Positions 18,837 through 29,999 are shown, numbered from the stretch's first letter. The stretch: 64,000 bases of DNA from Bdellovibrionota bacterium (GCA_050950765.1 JBMNIF010000005.1:48373-112372), one strand, 5' to 3'. The notes: generated from the sequence alone by a model not told the origin. Numbers and translations are program-made.

Positions 18837-20579
18837 ATGAAAAAGAAACTTCTGATATTTACATCGATATTACTGATTACCGTTGTTGCTTGTACAAAAA
18901 AACCAACTGATAGTGGTGGTGCGAATGCCACCGATCCCGCTCTTAATAAGCTTCCATCCGAAACTGTGGCGTTTTATACATGGAACACGGATTCTGAAGC
19001 GGCACACCGCCACAAAAAAGGTCCTTGGGGAGATGCCTTTAGACTGAAATGGAAAGATCGTGTTGAAAAGAATCTATCAAAAACTCTTAGCGCTCCTGTA
19101 ACAGAACAGGAGGTCAATGATTTTTTAGAGAAACTCGGGCTTTTAGGGGTTGAAGGGAGAGATCCTGAGATACAAAAGAGCACGGTATTTGTAACATTAA
19201 AAGATGATAGTATCGTCGGTGGTGCCTACGCTTTATCGGAAAAGGTAAACCTCTCTTCAAAACTAGATCTCATTCGTAAAACCCTACCTAAAACCTTCAA
19301 GACCAAAGACGGCAAGTTTGGATCTGTTTCAGGCTTTTTTATTGAATCTGAAGATCTAATCCCTTTTCCTCTTTCAACAGCTGCTTCCAAAGAGATGTTA
19401 GCTCTCACATCAGATCAGCAGGTAACCGAGCAACTTTTTACTGAAAGTGATGCTTCAAAAGGAGTTTCTACACGACCTTCTTACACAAAACTAATGTCTG
19501 CCTTAGATACGACTGACGCTCTCTCCCTCGCTTTTGTCGATATTGAGCAACTTCTCGATGTGGCGTTTAAGATGGCTGCCAGATCTAATTCAGCCAAAAG
19601 AGGTCTGGATCTTGCGACCTTAGCTAATTCTATCGCCAATACTCCAAGAACGGCGCAAAGAGTGGCTGATATGCAGGAAGAATTTTCTGCCATTACTGCT
19701 GAATTAGAAGAAGCTAGGGCAAAATACTTAGAAAATAACCCTTTAGAAGCAGCGGCTATTGTTACTCGTATGAGTACGGATGATATCTTCGAAATGACAA
19801 CCCTTGTCTCTGTTAAACCTCCCAAAACAGATCTACAAAAGGTTCTTTTAAAGCCATTTGCCGCTAAGAGTGCCGCTTTTGCATTAAATAACTTTCCACA
19901 AGATGTCGCCCTTATGATAAATGTAGATGGCAACGTTTTTAATAAAGCTCTTCAAGCTTTTGACCTTATCGCAAAAAAAGCCAATTCTAAGTCACAAGAT
20001 GTAATTCCTGAAGAGCATCGCCCCCTTGTGGAGAGTGTTAATTCATTTTCTTTGGTTCTGCGTACTGCAACAAAATCCTCACCGTTTCCAGAGTTGATGG
20101 TGGTTGGAGAGATGCCGCGTGGGAAAGAGGTGAAAGATCTTATTAAGACTGAATCCCGCATGGCTTGGCAACAGAAAGAAGTTGAGGGAGCGCAAGTTGA
20201 TTATCTTATGACGCCGTTCGGTATGACCGTTTATTTAGCAACAACTAAAGATGGGATATATATCACAAACTCAGAAGCTATTTTGAGCGATACCTTAAGT
20301 AAAAAGGCTCCGTTAATAAAAGTGATACCGGCTGAATTTAAGAGAAAAATAACAACAAATGATAATGTTATTTTAACCACATACGCTGCTTATGATAAAA
20401 TAATATCTGTTGTAGAATCGTTGCAGTCAACTTTTGCTGCCTTAGCTGGTCCTCAAGATAATATATTCGCAGATACTGGTATGTTGGATGTGCTTAAAGA
20501 GATGGGTAGTACCACTGCTACTGTCTGCTTTGATGGCAAGCATTTAAGGGCAAATTCAAACTCTTTTATTCTTAAGTAG
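18837..20579 (+). CDS. Large lipoprotein of unknown function (DUF3352-like)
   Basis: Lipobox VVAC; repeated LP.E/D-type (LPSETV, FPQDVA) domain starts. Confidence 0.7.
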   Translation: MKKKLLIFTSILLITVVACTKKPTDSGGANATDPALNKLPSETVAFYTWNTDSEAAHRHKKGPWGDAFRLKWKDRVEKNLSKTLSAPVTEQEVNDFLEKLGLLGVEGRDPEIQKSTVFVTLKDDSIVGGAYALSEKVNLSSKLDLIRKTLPKTFKTKDGKFGSVSGFFIESEDLIPFPLSTAASKEMLALTSDQQVTEQLFTESDASKGVSTRPSYTKLMSALDTTDALSLAFVDIEQLLDVAFKMAARSNSAKRGLDLATLANSIANTPRTAQRVADMQEEFSAITAELEEARAKYLENNPLEAAAIVTRMSTDDIFEMTTLVSVKPPKTDLQKVLLKPFAAKSAAFALNNFPQDVALMINVDGNVFNKALQAFDLIAKKANSKSQDVIPEEHRPLVESVNSFSLVLRTATKSSPFPELMVVGEMPRGKEVKDLIKTESRMAWQQKEVEGAQVDYLMTPFGMTVYLATTKDGIYITNSEAILSDTLSKKAPLIKVIPAEFKRKITTNDNVILTTYAAYDKIISVVESLQSTFAALAGPQDNIFADTGMLDVLKEMGSTTATVCFDGKHLRANSNSFILK

Positions 20580-20604
20580 TTAAGTAGATTTGCTGATAAA
20601 AAGT

Positions 20605-20635
20605 AAAAAGGGAGTCATGCTTGACTCCCTTTTTT
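20605..20635 (+). terminator. Rho-independent terminator
   Basis: AAAAAGGGAGTCA-TGCT-TGACTCCCTTTTTT hairpin with T-tract after lipoprotein gene. Confidence 0.85.
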
Positions 20636-20796
20636 ACCCTCTCCAACAAGCTCATAGTCAAAATAACTTCAATCAATCCGAACTGTTATAAGAACAGTTT
20701 ACAATCTCTCGTGAAGCGTACCTCACTAGAATCCTATCTCTCAATTTCATCATCAAATGATATTGAAAGTTTCCTGTTTTGTTGGAGGTTTTTTTG

Positions 20797-21033
20797 ATGG
20801 ATACAGTTACAGAATTATTACAAATTTCAAGTAGATTAGAGCATCTTGAAAATGCAGCAGAATGGATAACTCGTGAAACGGTTCACTCTGATGCTGCCGT
20901 CTCACAAACAGGCACTCTCATTACAGTTCTAGCAGATGAATTAAGAGAGAAGATCTACAACCTTGTTCATGACCTTGAATTAAACCAGAAAGATCCGGAT
21001 GAAGAAGAGATCTGGGAAGGGAAAATTCAGTAA
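20797..21033 (+). CDS. Small acidic hypothetical protein
   Basis: GGAGG RBS before ATG 20797; helical 78 aa. Confidence 0.7.
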   Translation: MDTVTELLQISSRLEHLENAAEWITRETVHSDAAVSQTGTLITVLADELREKIYNLVHDLELNQKDPDEEEIWEGKIQ

Positions 21034-21162
21034 AAAAACTTTCTCAAAAATATTCTAAGCTTCATAAAATGAATTGAAAATTATAAGAGAAAGGAAGTCA
21101 CTTTTTACACCACAGTGACCTGTATTTTATTTGCACTTTTTAAAGGTATCGCCACTCTGCTA

Positions 21163-21588
21163 CTAGAAGGTAATGGTGTTATTCAAGATTAAAAGCCAAG
21201 GCAAGATAGCTGCGACTGTATAGATGCAGATGATACACCGTAAAGCGTGTTTAACCCAAGCGATGGAAGAAGCTACTGCACATAATCCGCAGATAACTAA
21301 AATAGCAAATGATTTAACACCGACTAAAACCGAGACATATCCGAATTGTTCCATGAGGAGACGTAAGATAGCGTTGCCTTCCGCCTCTGTTCCAAGAATT
21401 GATATTCCTAAAGCTGTTAAGATGCCATCTAAGATCTGTAATGAAATTAAGATGGCACCTAAAACAACTATTGATTGAGATGGAGCACTAACTAAAGCTT
21501 GTTTTTTACTGCTATCATAAACCAAACGAGGAGCAACAGCAGAATCTGCAACATTTAAGTTTGTAATATCTAATGCAAGCTGTGTCAT
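21163..21588 (-). CDS. Membrane protein (DUF5658-like)
   Basis: LQILDGILTALGI...EGNAIL...K motif with three TM helices. Confidence 0.7.
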   Translation of the reverse strand: MTQLALDITNLNVADSAVAPRLVYDSSKKQALVSAPSQSIVVLGAILISLQILDGILTALGISILGTEAEGNAILRLLMEQFGYVSVLVGVKSFAILVICGLCAVASSIAWVKHALRCIICIYTVAAILPWLLILNNTITF

Positions 21589-21822
21589 TTTAACTAACCT
21601 CGTTTTTTCCAGACCACACAAACGAATCAGTTAGTAATAAAAAAGTGCTTCATTAAAATTAAAAAAGAGTTCTATTTAGTTCCAAGAGCTTGATCTTAGA
21701 CACTTTTATAAATTAAGCGCCTTACTCGAGTTTGCTTAAAAAAATAGTAATTTTTCTTATTTTTCTACTCTTTTTAAGAAAATAATGGAGAGGAAAGGTA
21801 TTATTCTGATAAAAACCCTTCT

Positions 21823-22860
21823 TTACATATCTACTTTTTTTTCCATCTCTACGGTTTTTATATTCAAAAACTCTAAAAACCTTAGCGGCCAATATAAAGC
21901 ATACGGAGTGCTTAAGGCAGTACCATCATAAAACTCTTCAAAAGGTGTTTTTTCAGTAGTATCAGACTCCTCTTCTTGCGAAGAGGTGCTAATTTTTTTA
22001 GCAGAATCTGGGTACTTTAGTGCTCTTTCTTGGGAAGACAACTCCTTTGCACCGTAATGAATTAACTTCAAAATAGATAGCGCCACAGGTTCTATCTTTC
22101 TTAAGTTCATCCCTATCTCGGAAAATTTAATGGAGTCATCGTAATTTCCATCTGCCAAAGAAGCTAATGCCAGATTTTGAATTAAACACGGATCTTTTTT
22201 TAGATCTTTTTCTGCCATAAATGTTAATATCATGGAATAAGCTTCATCTGCTCTACCTTTAGCAATTAACAATTTGCTATGCCGACACATTTCATCTGAA
22301 GAGTGTGAAAGATGAAAGGCGCTATCTGAATAACATAAAGCGAGATCTTCTTCTCCGAGCATAAAATGCAGGACTGCAAGGCTTCTGGCGAAGTCAGTAG
22401 CCTTTTCAAATTCACGCCACCTTAAAGCTGTTTGATAAGCTCTTTTAAGATACGTCTGAGCAAAAGGATAATTATGTTCTGCCATATACAGCTGCGCCAA
22501 AGCAGCCATAACTTTTGTTGATTGAGGATTTTTTTTCAGTAACCTTAATAAGATCTCCTCAGCATCAGGGAAGCTATTTTCCTGAATTAACGTCATAGCT
22601 AGATTAAATAAGATATTTTCTGCATTAGGAGCAACATCTAAGGCTTTTCTGAACTTAAATTCGGCATCAACAAAACGGCTACGAGAATAATAATTCAAGC
22701 CCTCTCTCGTTAGAGAGACTACTACTAAATCATCTTTCGGCACGAAGCTCTGTTCTTGCACCTCTTTTCGAGGCAAAGCGCACCCTGAAAAGATAAATAC
22801 TCCTATCAAAATCGATCTTATACCTCTCTTTGATAAGATCTTAGAAAAGTTTTTTTTCAT
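21823..22860 (-). CDS. TPR-repeat lipoprotein
   Basis: Lipobox FSGC; TPR patterns (AEFKFRKALDVAP, LFNLA, AEEILLRLLKKNP). Confidence 0.8.
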   Translation of the reverse strand: MKKNFSKILSKRGIRSILIGVFIFSGCALPRKEVQEQSFVPKDDLVVVSLTREGLNYYSRSRFVDAEFKFRKALDVAPNAENILFNLAMTLIQENSFPDAEEILLRLLKKNPQSTKVMAALAQLYMAEHNYPFAQTYLKRAYQTALRWREFEKATDFARSLAVLHFMLGEEDLALCYSDSAFHLSHSSDEMCRHSKLLIAKGRADEAYSMILTFMAEKDLKKDPCLIQNLALASLADGNYDDSIKFSEIGMNLRKIEPVALSILKLIHYGAKELSSQERALKYPDSAKKISTSSQEEESDTTEKTPFEEFYDGTALSTPYALYWPLRFLEFLNIKTVEMEKKVDM

Positions 22861-22872
22861 ACTTCCTACCTG

Positions 22873-23613
22873 TCAGATGGACTTTTGACGTTTGAAGAAG
22901 AACTCGGGGATGCTCTTAATTACAAGCATTATCCCCCACCAGAAACACGGCAAATAAACAACATCTCTCTTTTTATTGATAGCTTTAAAGATACCCTTTG
23001 CAACCACATCAGGAGTTACAAATAGGGCGTTTTTCTTAATCCCTGCCGTCATTGGAGTATCTACAAAACCAGGCTTTATTGTAATTACACTTACACCTCT
23101 AGAGAAAAGTCTATTTCTCAAACCTTGTAAAAAGAGAGAGAGTCCCCCTTTTGCTGCGCCATAGATATAATTACTCTGTCGTCCGCGATCTCCTGCTACC
23201 GATGAGATCACCGCAATGGTTCCTGAATTATTTTCCGCAAAATGATTGGCGATAGGAGTAAGAAGTGAAACTACACTGATAAAGTTTGTATTTAACTCCC
23301 GCTCTGTCGTCTCAAAACTTTGCTCGCACTCCTCTTGATTAGGGAGAGAGCCGTAAGCCACTAAGACAGTATTATAATCCGGCATAATTTGAGAGATCTT
23401 TTCTAGTAGCGCTTGATGTGCCTTGCAATCAGCCAAATCAGAAACAATATGATTTACAGAAACAGCACCACGAGTAGTAAGATCAGCCTTTAATGCATCT
23501 AAATGAGTTTCATTACGTGCTACTAACAATAAATTATCCCCATTAGCGGCAAAAAGCTTAGCCGTTTCCATTGCGATCGCCGAAGTTGCCCCAAAAATAA
23601 CACAATTACGCAT
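22873..23613 (-). CDS. SDR oxidoreductase, DprE2-like
   Basis: GATSAIA, SSVAGDRGRQSNYIYGAAK, KPGFVDTPMT; coupled to dprE1-like gene. Confidence 0.88.
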   Translation of the reverse strand: MRNCVIFGATSAIAMETAKLFAANGDNLLLVARNETHLDALKADLTTRGAVSVNHIVSDLADCKAHQALLEKISQIMPDYNTVLVAYGSLPNQEECEQSFETTERELNTNFISVVSLLTPIANHFAENNSGTIAVISSVAGDRGRQSNYIYGAAKGGLSLFLQGLRNRLFSRGVSVITIKPGFVDTPMTAGIKKNALFVTPDVVAKGIFKAINKKRDVVYLPCFWWGIMLVIKSIPEFFFKRQKSI

Positions 23614-24922
23614 GATTTTCTCCTATGACACGCCGCCAAAAACTTGATGAAAAACGGGGATCAATAAACTTAGAAAATTCTTTCCAACGTGGATAGAACT
23701 TCTTAAAGCTCTCTCCAGCCATACACGCATCTTTAGCAGGATATAAAGCACCCCCCGCTTCTACGGTCATATCCTCTAAAGTTTTAAAAAGCTTAAAAGA
23801 AGAGTCACCTCTAAAAGGAAAATCCATGCATAAAGTCGTCCCCTTTCTCGGAAAAGAGAGCATCCCTGGAGATTTCATATCGCCGAAATCTTTAATCACA
23901 CTTAAAAAAGAAGCGGAGCCGTTATCTACAATTTTGTATAACATCTCTTTAAGCACCCCTTCTGCAGCATCGCTCGGTATTACACATTGGAATTGCAACA
24001 GACCCCGTTTGCCATATCCGCGATTCCAATTGTTCACCATGTCTAAGGGGTAGAAAAACGGCTCATAGTGTTGAATGGCTTTTACCTTTTTATGGATCTG
24101 CTTATGATAATACAAGGTATTGATTAACTTCATCGAATAACGGTTGACACACCATTCCGGAAAGATAAAAGGAACGTTTAAGAACGGATCACGGTGCGTT
24201 TTCTTGCCATACTTCGGATCAGAGCAGTGATTGCCACGCATGTAAACACCACGCGCAAACTTGTCACCGGAGGTGATACAATCTATCCAAGCAACGGTAT
24301 AATCATAATCTTTATCGGACTCATTTGATAAAGCGTGATATTCCTCCAGACCCGAGAACTGAATCCCTTCCATATCGATATAACTTGATTCAATCTTTTT
24401 TAATTGAATATCAGCATCAAGGATTAGACCGGTCAGTCCGATCCCTCCAATCGTTGCAGCGTAAAGGTCACTATTTTCCGTTTCTGAACACTCTTTCTTC
24501 CCGTCAGATCGTAGCAACGAAAAACGGGGTACATAATTACCAAAACACCCCGCTTTATGGTGATTCTTTCCATGCACATCATTAGCAATAGCACCGCCAA
24601 CGGAAACAAACTTAGTACCAGGTGTAACAGGCAAGAACCAACCCCGCGGAACTGCAAATCTTAAGATATCTGCTAAAGTTACCCCTGCCTCACAACGCAA
24701 TAAACCTGTTTCATTATTGAAAGAGATAAAACGATTTAAAGACGTTGTAACGATAATTGAATTATCACCATTTAAAGCAACATCACCGTAACTTCGCCCC
24801 TGCCCATACGCCAGTAGTAGATCAGATCCGTATGTTGCTAAATCAGACGGCAACCAGATCGGTTTATAAAAATTTTGAGAAACCTGCGGATAACGCCCCC
24901 AAGATTGAAAATTTTGCACCAT
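23606..24922 (-). CDS. FAD-linked oxidase, DprE1-like (polyprenyl-phosphoribose 2'-oxidase)
   Basis: GQGRSYGD, PVTPGTKFVSVGGAIANDVHGKNHH, YPLD, GGALYPAKD, SSSFWRR. Confidence 0.92.
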   Translation of the reverse strand: MVQNFQSWGRYPQVSQNFYKPIWLPSDLATYGSDLLLAYGQGRSYGDVALNGDNSIIVTTSLNRFISFNNETGLLRCEAGVTLADILRFAVPRGWFLPVTPGTKFVSVGGAIANDVHGKNHHKAGCFGNYVPRFSLLRSDGKKECSETENSDLYAATIGGIGLTGLILDADIQLKKIESSYIDMEGIQFSGLEEYHALSNESDKDYDYTVAWIDCITSGDKFARGVYMRGNHCSDPKYGKKTHRDPFLNVPFIFPEWCVNRYSMKLINTLYYHKQIHKKVKAIQHYEPFFYPLDMVNNWNRGYGKRGLLQFQCVIPSDAAEGVLKEMLYKIVDNGSASFLSVIKDFGDMKSPGMLSFPRKGTTLCMDFPFRGDSSFKLFKTLEDMTVEAGGALYPAKDACMAGESFKKFYPRWKEFSKFIDPRFSSSFWRRVIGENHA

Positions 24923-24957
24923 TTTCACCGTTCTCCAAGATAAAATTTTCCGTCTAA

Positions 24958-26397
24958 TTAACCTCCGGTCCAACCGGCTAAAAACAGAATCACAACACTA
25001 AATATTGCAATGAAATAACTAATTTTATCGTACATAGCAAAGATAATCGGATCTTGGTTCATCTCACCTCTGTGTGTCAATATCCAGACACGTGCAATCC
25101 AATATAAAATAGCAGGACAAAGTAACCAAATAAGCCACGGTCGTTCATATAACTGCTGTTGATTGTTGGCGTTGATATAGAGCGCTAAGACCAATACAGA
25201 GATGAATCCACTAGCGATACCAAACTGAGAAACAGCTTCAATATCAGATGATCTATAACCACGCCCTGCTATAAGTTCTGTCTTGTCCATATTATACAAT
25301 TCAGAAAAACGTTTTGTACATGCTAAGCTTAAAAACATAAACATAGCAAAAGCCATTAGCCACGGAGAAACAAAAACACCCCCAGCGCAACCTCCAGCAA
25401 ATATTCTAAGCGCATACAAACTAGCAAGCACAATAATATCAATAACGACCTCTTGCTTTAAACGTACAGAGTAAAGGAAAGTTGTAATAAGGTACAACAC
25501 TAAGACAGCAATAAACGGTGTAGATAACGGGAGAGCTAACAACAACGAAGAGATCAACAAAAGTGGACCTAGAAACATACCGTAGGCGACAGGAACTTCA
25601 CCTGAAGCAAAAGGACGGTTGCACTTCTCTTTATGTTTTCTATCACTATTAAGATCTAAGATATCGTTGATTATATAAACGCCGGAACAACAGATACAGA
25701 ACACAAAAAAGGCATAAGAAGTTTTTAGTAATACTGAGATATCAAAGACCAGATGGGCAGCCAACATCGGGATAAAGAGTAGTAAATTTTTTAGCCACTG
25801 ATGAAGGCGTATCATCTTCAGGAATGTTTTGAATGTAATCTTCTTTGCCGCTAAAACCTGCGTTACATTAACTTGCGCTTTAACCTCATCAATAAAACCC
25901 TTTGAACTACTCACCACCAAAGCAGACCTTGCTATTTTCCAAATTGGCACATCACAGCAGGCATCTCCAATATAATCGAAGCCCCCTACCCCGAATTTAT
26001 CTCCCAGAATTTTCGCCTTACTTTCACCTTTTAAATTAAGATTCCCCGTGCTAGCGATGACTTCGGAAAAGATATTGAGATGATCTGCAATTTTTTTAGC
26101 TACGGAGATATTTGTAGCCGTACTTAATACGAGCTTTCGACCTTTAGCACGCTCTGCGCTTAAAAAATCTAACACCTCTTGATTGTAAGGTAACGTCACG
26201 GGATCAATATCAACTCGTTGCGCCAACTCCTCCTTTAAGCGCGCCTTTCCCTTAAAGTACCAGACTAAAAGAAGTGGAGCCTTGCACGGATCTGCCTTTA
26301 TAAATGAACAGACCGCCTCCATTAGTGTGTCCGTAACAACGAGCGTACCATCCAGATCAACACATAATGGGATATCTAGATCTCCGTTTTGCATCAA
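24958..26397 (-). CDS. HAD-domain + UbiA-family polyprenyl-phosphate phosphoribosyltransferase
   Basis: N-terminal DLDGTL HAD motif; RLHQWLKN, YIINDILD...DRKH...RPFASG, KRFSEL, HRGEMNQDPI. Confidence 0.9.
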   Translation of the reverse strand: MMQNGDLDIPLCVDLDGTLVVTDTLMEAVCSFIKADPCKAPLLLVWYFKGKARLKEELAQRVDIDPVTLPYNQEVLDFLSAERAKGRKLVLSTATNISVAKKIADHLNIFSEVIASTGNLNLKGESKAKILGDKFGVGGFDYIGDACCDVPIWKIARSALVVSSSKGFIDEVKAQVNVTQVLAAKKITFKTFLKMIRLHQWLKNLLLFIPMLAAHLVFDISVLLKTSYAFFVFCICCSGVYIINDILDLNSDRKHKEKCNRPFASGEVPVAYGMFLGPLLLISSLLLALPLSTPFIAVLVLYLITTFLYSVRLKQEVVIDIIVLASLYALRIFAGGCAGGVFVSPWLMAFAMFMFLSLACTKRFSELYNMDKTELIAGRGYRSSDIEAVSQFGIASGFISVLVLALYINANNQQQLYERPWLIWLLCPAILYWIARVWILTHRGEMNQDPIIFAMYDKISYFIAIFSVVILFLAGWTGG

Positions 26398-26413
26398 TTC
26401 AACCGAGTTATAG

Positions 26414-27109
26414 CTATTTTCTAGCCCATAAATTGTACTTACAGATAGCGTAGATCGCCCTGAAGCCGTCTCTAGCCCCTATCTTTTTCCCTTCTTTATA
26501 AGTTCTGCCGTAATAGGAGATCCCGACTTCATAAATGCGACAATCTAAACGTGAAATCTTAGCAGTTATCTCCGGTTCAAAGCCGAAACGATCCTCCTCT
26601 ATCGTGATCTGTTTTAAAATATCTCTTCTAAACATCTTAAAACACGTTTCCATATCTGTCAGGTTTATGTTTGTGAACATATTTGAAAGGAGTGTTAAAA
26701 ACCTATTGCCCACCATATGCCAAAAATAAACCACTCTATGAGGCCCACCACCCATAAAGCGCGAGCCGTAAACCACATCAGCTTTATTTCTTAAGATCGG
26801 CTCCAACAATAACGGATATTCTTGAGGATCATATTCCAGATCGGCATCTTGAACGATTACAACATCTCCCGTAGCAGCAGCAAAGCCCGTTCGTAACGCT
26901 GCTCCCTTCCCTTGATTGTGTTCGTGATAAAGCACCTTATCTACCTTAGCTTCCAATTTCTCCTTTAGTAGATCCCTTGTTCCATCAGTAGAGCAATCAT
27001 CAACAACTATTATCTCTTTTTTCTCGACCGGTGAGTGTTTTACAGCCTCTATAATGTGTGCAATGGTCTCTTTTTCATTGTAACACGGAATAACAATTGA
27101 AAGTTTCAT
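26414..27109 (-). CDS. GT2 glycosyltransferase (polyprenol-phosphate sugar transferase, DPM1-like)
   Basis: [41 protein letters not shown]. Confidence 0.93.
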   Translation of the reverse strand: MKLSIVIPCYNEKETIAHIIEAVKHSPVEKKEIIVVDDCSTDGTRDLLKEKLEAKVDKVLYHEHNQGKGAALRTGFAAATGDVVIVQDADLEYDPQEYPLLLEPILRNKADVVYGSRFMGGGPHRVVYFWHMVGNRFLTLLSNMFTNINLTDMETCFKMFRRDILKQITIEEDRFGFEPEITAKISRLDCRIYEVGISYYGRTYKEGKKIGARDGFRAIYAICKYNLWARK

Positions 27110-27449
27110 AAGTTCTCCAATAACTAGGTGCTAACGTTCCCCTTATATAAACAATATCCCGCAGGCGGTCAATAAGATGAAAGAAGCTAGAGGGCTCTCT
27201 TTTTACTACTAACTATTGAGCCAAAGGCTCCATCCATGTCCTTAAAAAGGTATTTTTTCTCTTTATTTTTCAATTCCCTATCTAGTTTTAATACTTCTCT
27301 TGTGTTATATTCATCAACGTAAGTTGCTGTTTTGTTGTTTGTTAGTTTTCGATGACTAACGTTTAAGTGCGTCGTTCACACTACCATGTTTGTTCTGCTG
27401 TATAACTGGGACTGTGAAAGGTTATTTCCAGTATCTTTTTGGAGTCTTC

Positions 27450-29921
27450 ATGAATCTCTTAGAGTCCACTGAGGAGAGTATCAAGGCTGATAAAAGTTGT
27501 CCTATTATTCTGCCTGCCATTTCTGAAGCTTTAACTTTTGACGGAACAGCTTGGTCTGAGATAGTTGAGCATCAAGTTACTATCAAAATCAATTTTTATA
27601 TCGCTGCAAAGTTATTGCCATCGGTGAAGATGTTTGTTCATTGGGGAAGTTATGACGAGCTACCCGAAAGGTGGGCTACCGTTCCCGTTAAAAGTGAAGA
27701 TATTAAGCAGATCGGCGAAAATCACTACTGTATGCAGACCCGCATCAGAGTAGTTCGCAAAGGAAACTACGGCGCTACTGTTTATGCACAATTCGATGGT
27801 TGTGATGACACTCATTGGCAAGGTCGCCCCAGTGTGGATGATGTTAGGTTTCATATGGCGACGGACTCTTCAAACCTTTTAAATAAACTTGAAACTGTTA
27901 GGAAGAGTTGCTCAACTTTTTTACGAAAATCCGTCTCTGAACGCCTTAATAATGGCATGACGATTGAGCAGACCCTAAAAGATATAAAAGCCGTTCCTAC
28001 AGAAACAGAGATATCACAAGTAGTGTATGAGTGCACAAAAGATGACGAGGCGATGCGTCGTAAACTCTCTAAGTTGTATTCGCAAGCTCGTAGAAAATTA
28101 CGTGAAGTTGAAGATCCTAAAAAAGCCTCACGTGCAGCGTATGTTGTAAACGTTTTAGAGAATCTCGGTTTAGGTGAAGTAGTTTTGGTAGCCCCTGAAG
28201 GTCCTCATGCCATCGCCGGTGGTTTAGCACATGTCATGATAGGTCTCCTCAAAACATTGTCACAACAGGGCGTAAAGGTGACCTTAATTTCTCCATTATA
28301 CGAATATGCTCAAGGGAATAAACACCGTTCAGCTGAAGAGCTTTTGAAGGATGGTGTTAGGATTGGTGAAGAGACGTTACAACTACGGTGGGTGGGAGAG
28401 GTAGAGATCCCCTTTGGTCCAACGTATAGACCGAACTCAACAAACTGGAAGGATCCACCGAGTCGCGAGAGGTGTGTTGTTTACTCTGCAGAGTCAGGAA
28501 ACCTCCGTCTTTTACTATTACGTCATGCGCGTTATGCAGCTACCCTTTATCCTGCTAATCTCGGAGCTGATGAACAGTTACGGCGAGCTATATTTTTATC
28601 TCGTGGGGCTCTTGAGGTTATGAAGGATCCGTTGTTCGGAGTCCATCCTCAAAACATTCTTTCAAATGATTGGCTTGCAGCTTTAGTTCCGGCGTTCTTT
28701 AAACTCGATTTAAGATATAGTTGTGTTGAAGGTTTGAAGGATGCAAAAACAGTACACCTGATTCACAATTGTGGGCGTGACTATCACGGCAGAATTCCGG
28801 CGCAATATAACAATGCTGATCTATGGCCATTACTTGAATTAGCCCCTGAGCACTATCAAGGTTTAGCAGATCCTCAAGATAATAGGATGTTAAACCTCAC
28901 TTCTGGTGCGATTTTGCACTTAAACGGAGCGTTATTAGCAGTTAGTAAGCCGTATGCTAAACAGTTAATGACTTCAGACGGTGCAGATGGTTTACACAAT
29001 GTTGTACTTGGACAGCGTGGAAAGATCTTTGGAATTAGTAATGCCATCGATCAATCAAAGTTACGCATGGCGATTCACAAGATAGGAAACTGTCGCATGG
29101 CGGAATTATCGCAAGATGGCGATGATACGTCTGCCATAGAGGATAGGTATCTGGGAGAGGCTGATTTCTTAGAAAAATTGCCGCAATATAAGAAAGCGAT
29201 TAAGCACCATATGCAACGTACGCTCGGTTTGGAAGAGAATGAAGAGCGGATATTTATAACTTTTATGGGGCGTATCGCTGAGCAGAAGGGGCTCTCTTTG
29301 TTTAACGGTTGTGCAGCGGGAGAGTGTATTACAGTCTTAGAATCGCTCCTGTTAAAGTATCCGAATGTTCAATTTGTAGCAGCGGGACCACCTGTCGAAG
29401 GGGATGTTGCTGCCAATCATTTTCGTAGCTTGGTAGAGTATCTGAGTTGGAAGTATCAAGGTAGAGTTAGAGGGGTTTTTGAGTTCATACCGCATGAATA
29501 TGCGATAGAGCTCCTCTCTGCCACTGATTTTTATTTAATGCCTTCGCGCTTTGAACCTGGTGGAATAACTCAACTTGAAGCTTTGGCGTGTGGTGCTGTT
29601 GTTATTGCGCGTAATGTGGGAGGGTTGTCAGCAACGTTACACGGCTATGGGGATTTTTCAGATAAGAGTAATAGCTTTTTATTTAATGACTACTCGCCGA
29701 CTGCTTTTCGTGATGTGATCTTTTACGCCCTCAATGAGTTGCGTGATAAAGAGAAGCTTCAAAAGATGATGATGCAGGCAGCGCAGGCGCAGCACGACTG
29801 GGGGCATCGTATGCCGCAATACCTAGCTTTATTGCAACACCTTGCTGGTGTTTTAGATAACGACGGGATGTATGATTATCTAGATAAGCGGCTACCAGTT
29901 CTGAAGAGTATGCAGGTCTGA
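27450..29921 (+). CDS. Glycogen/starch synthase-like GT5 enzyme with long N-terminal extension
   Basis: GGLAHV, NDW, LIHN, AVSKPYA, GRIAEQKG, MPSRFEPGGITQLEAL, VGGL; GGAG RBS before ATG 27450. Confidence 0.8.
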   Translation: MNLLESTEESIKADKSCPIILPAISEALTFDGTAWSEIVEHQVTIKINFYIAAKLLPSVKMFVHWGSYDELPERWATVPVKSEDIKQIGENHYCMQTRIRVVRKGNYGATVYAQFDGCDDTHWQGRPSVDDVRFHMATDSSNLLNKLETVRKSCSTFLRKSVSERLNNGMTIEQTLKDIKAVPTETEISQVVYECTKDDEAMRRKLSKLYSQARRKLREVEDPKKASRAAYVVNVLENLGLGEVVLVAPEGPHAIAGGLAHVMIGLLKTLSQQGVKVTLISPLYEYAQGNKHRSAEELLKDGVRIGEETLQLRWVGEVEIPFGPTYRPNSTNWKDPPSRERCVVYSAESGNLRLLLLRHARYAATLYPANLGADEQLRRAIFLSRGALEVMKDPLFGVHPQNILSNDWLAALVPAFFKLDLRYSCVEGLKDAKTVHLIHNCGRDYHGRIPAQYNNADLWPLLELAPEHYQGLADPQDNRMLNLTSGAILHLNGALLAVSKPYAKQLMTSDGADGLHNVVLGQRGKIFGISNAIDQSKLRMAIHKIGNCRMAELSQDGDDTSAIEDRYLGEADFLEKLPQYKKAIKHHMQRTLGLEENEERIFITFMGRIAEQKGLSLFNGCAAGECITVLESLLLKYPNVQFVAAGPPVEGDVAANHFRSLVEYLSWKYQGRVRGVFEFIPHEYAIELLSATDFYLMPSRFEPGGITQLEALACGAVVIARNVGGLSATLHGYGDFSDKSNSFLFNDYSPTAFRDVIFYALNELRDKEKLQKMMMQAAQAQHDWGHRMPQYLALLQHLAGVLDNDGMYDYLDKRLPVLKSMQV

Positions 29922-29999
29922 TCCCTTACATCGGCATAGAGATAATACCTCCCTTCCTAACAGGGCGAATAAAGCTTTTTAATAAGTAGTGAGATCTTG

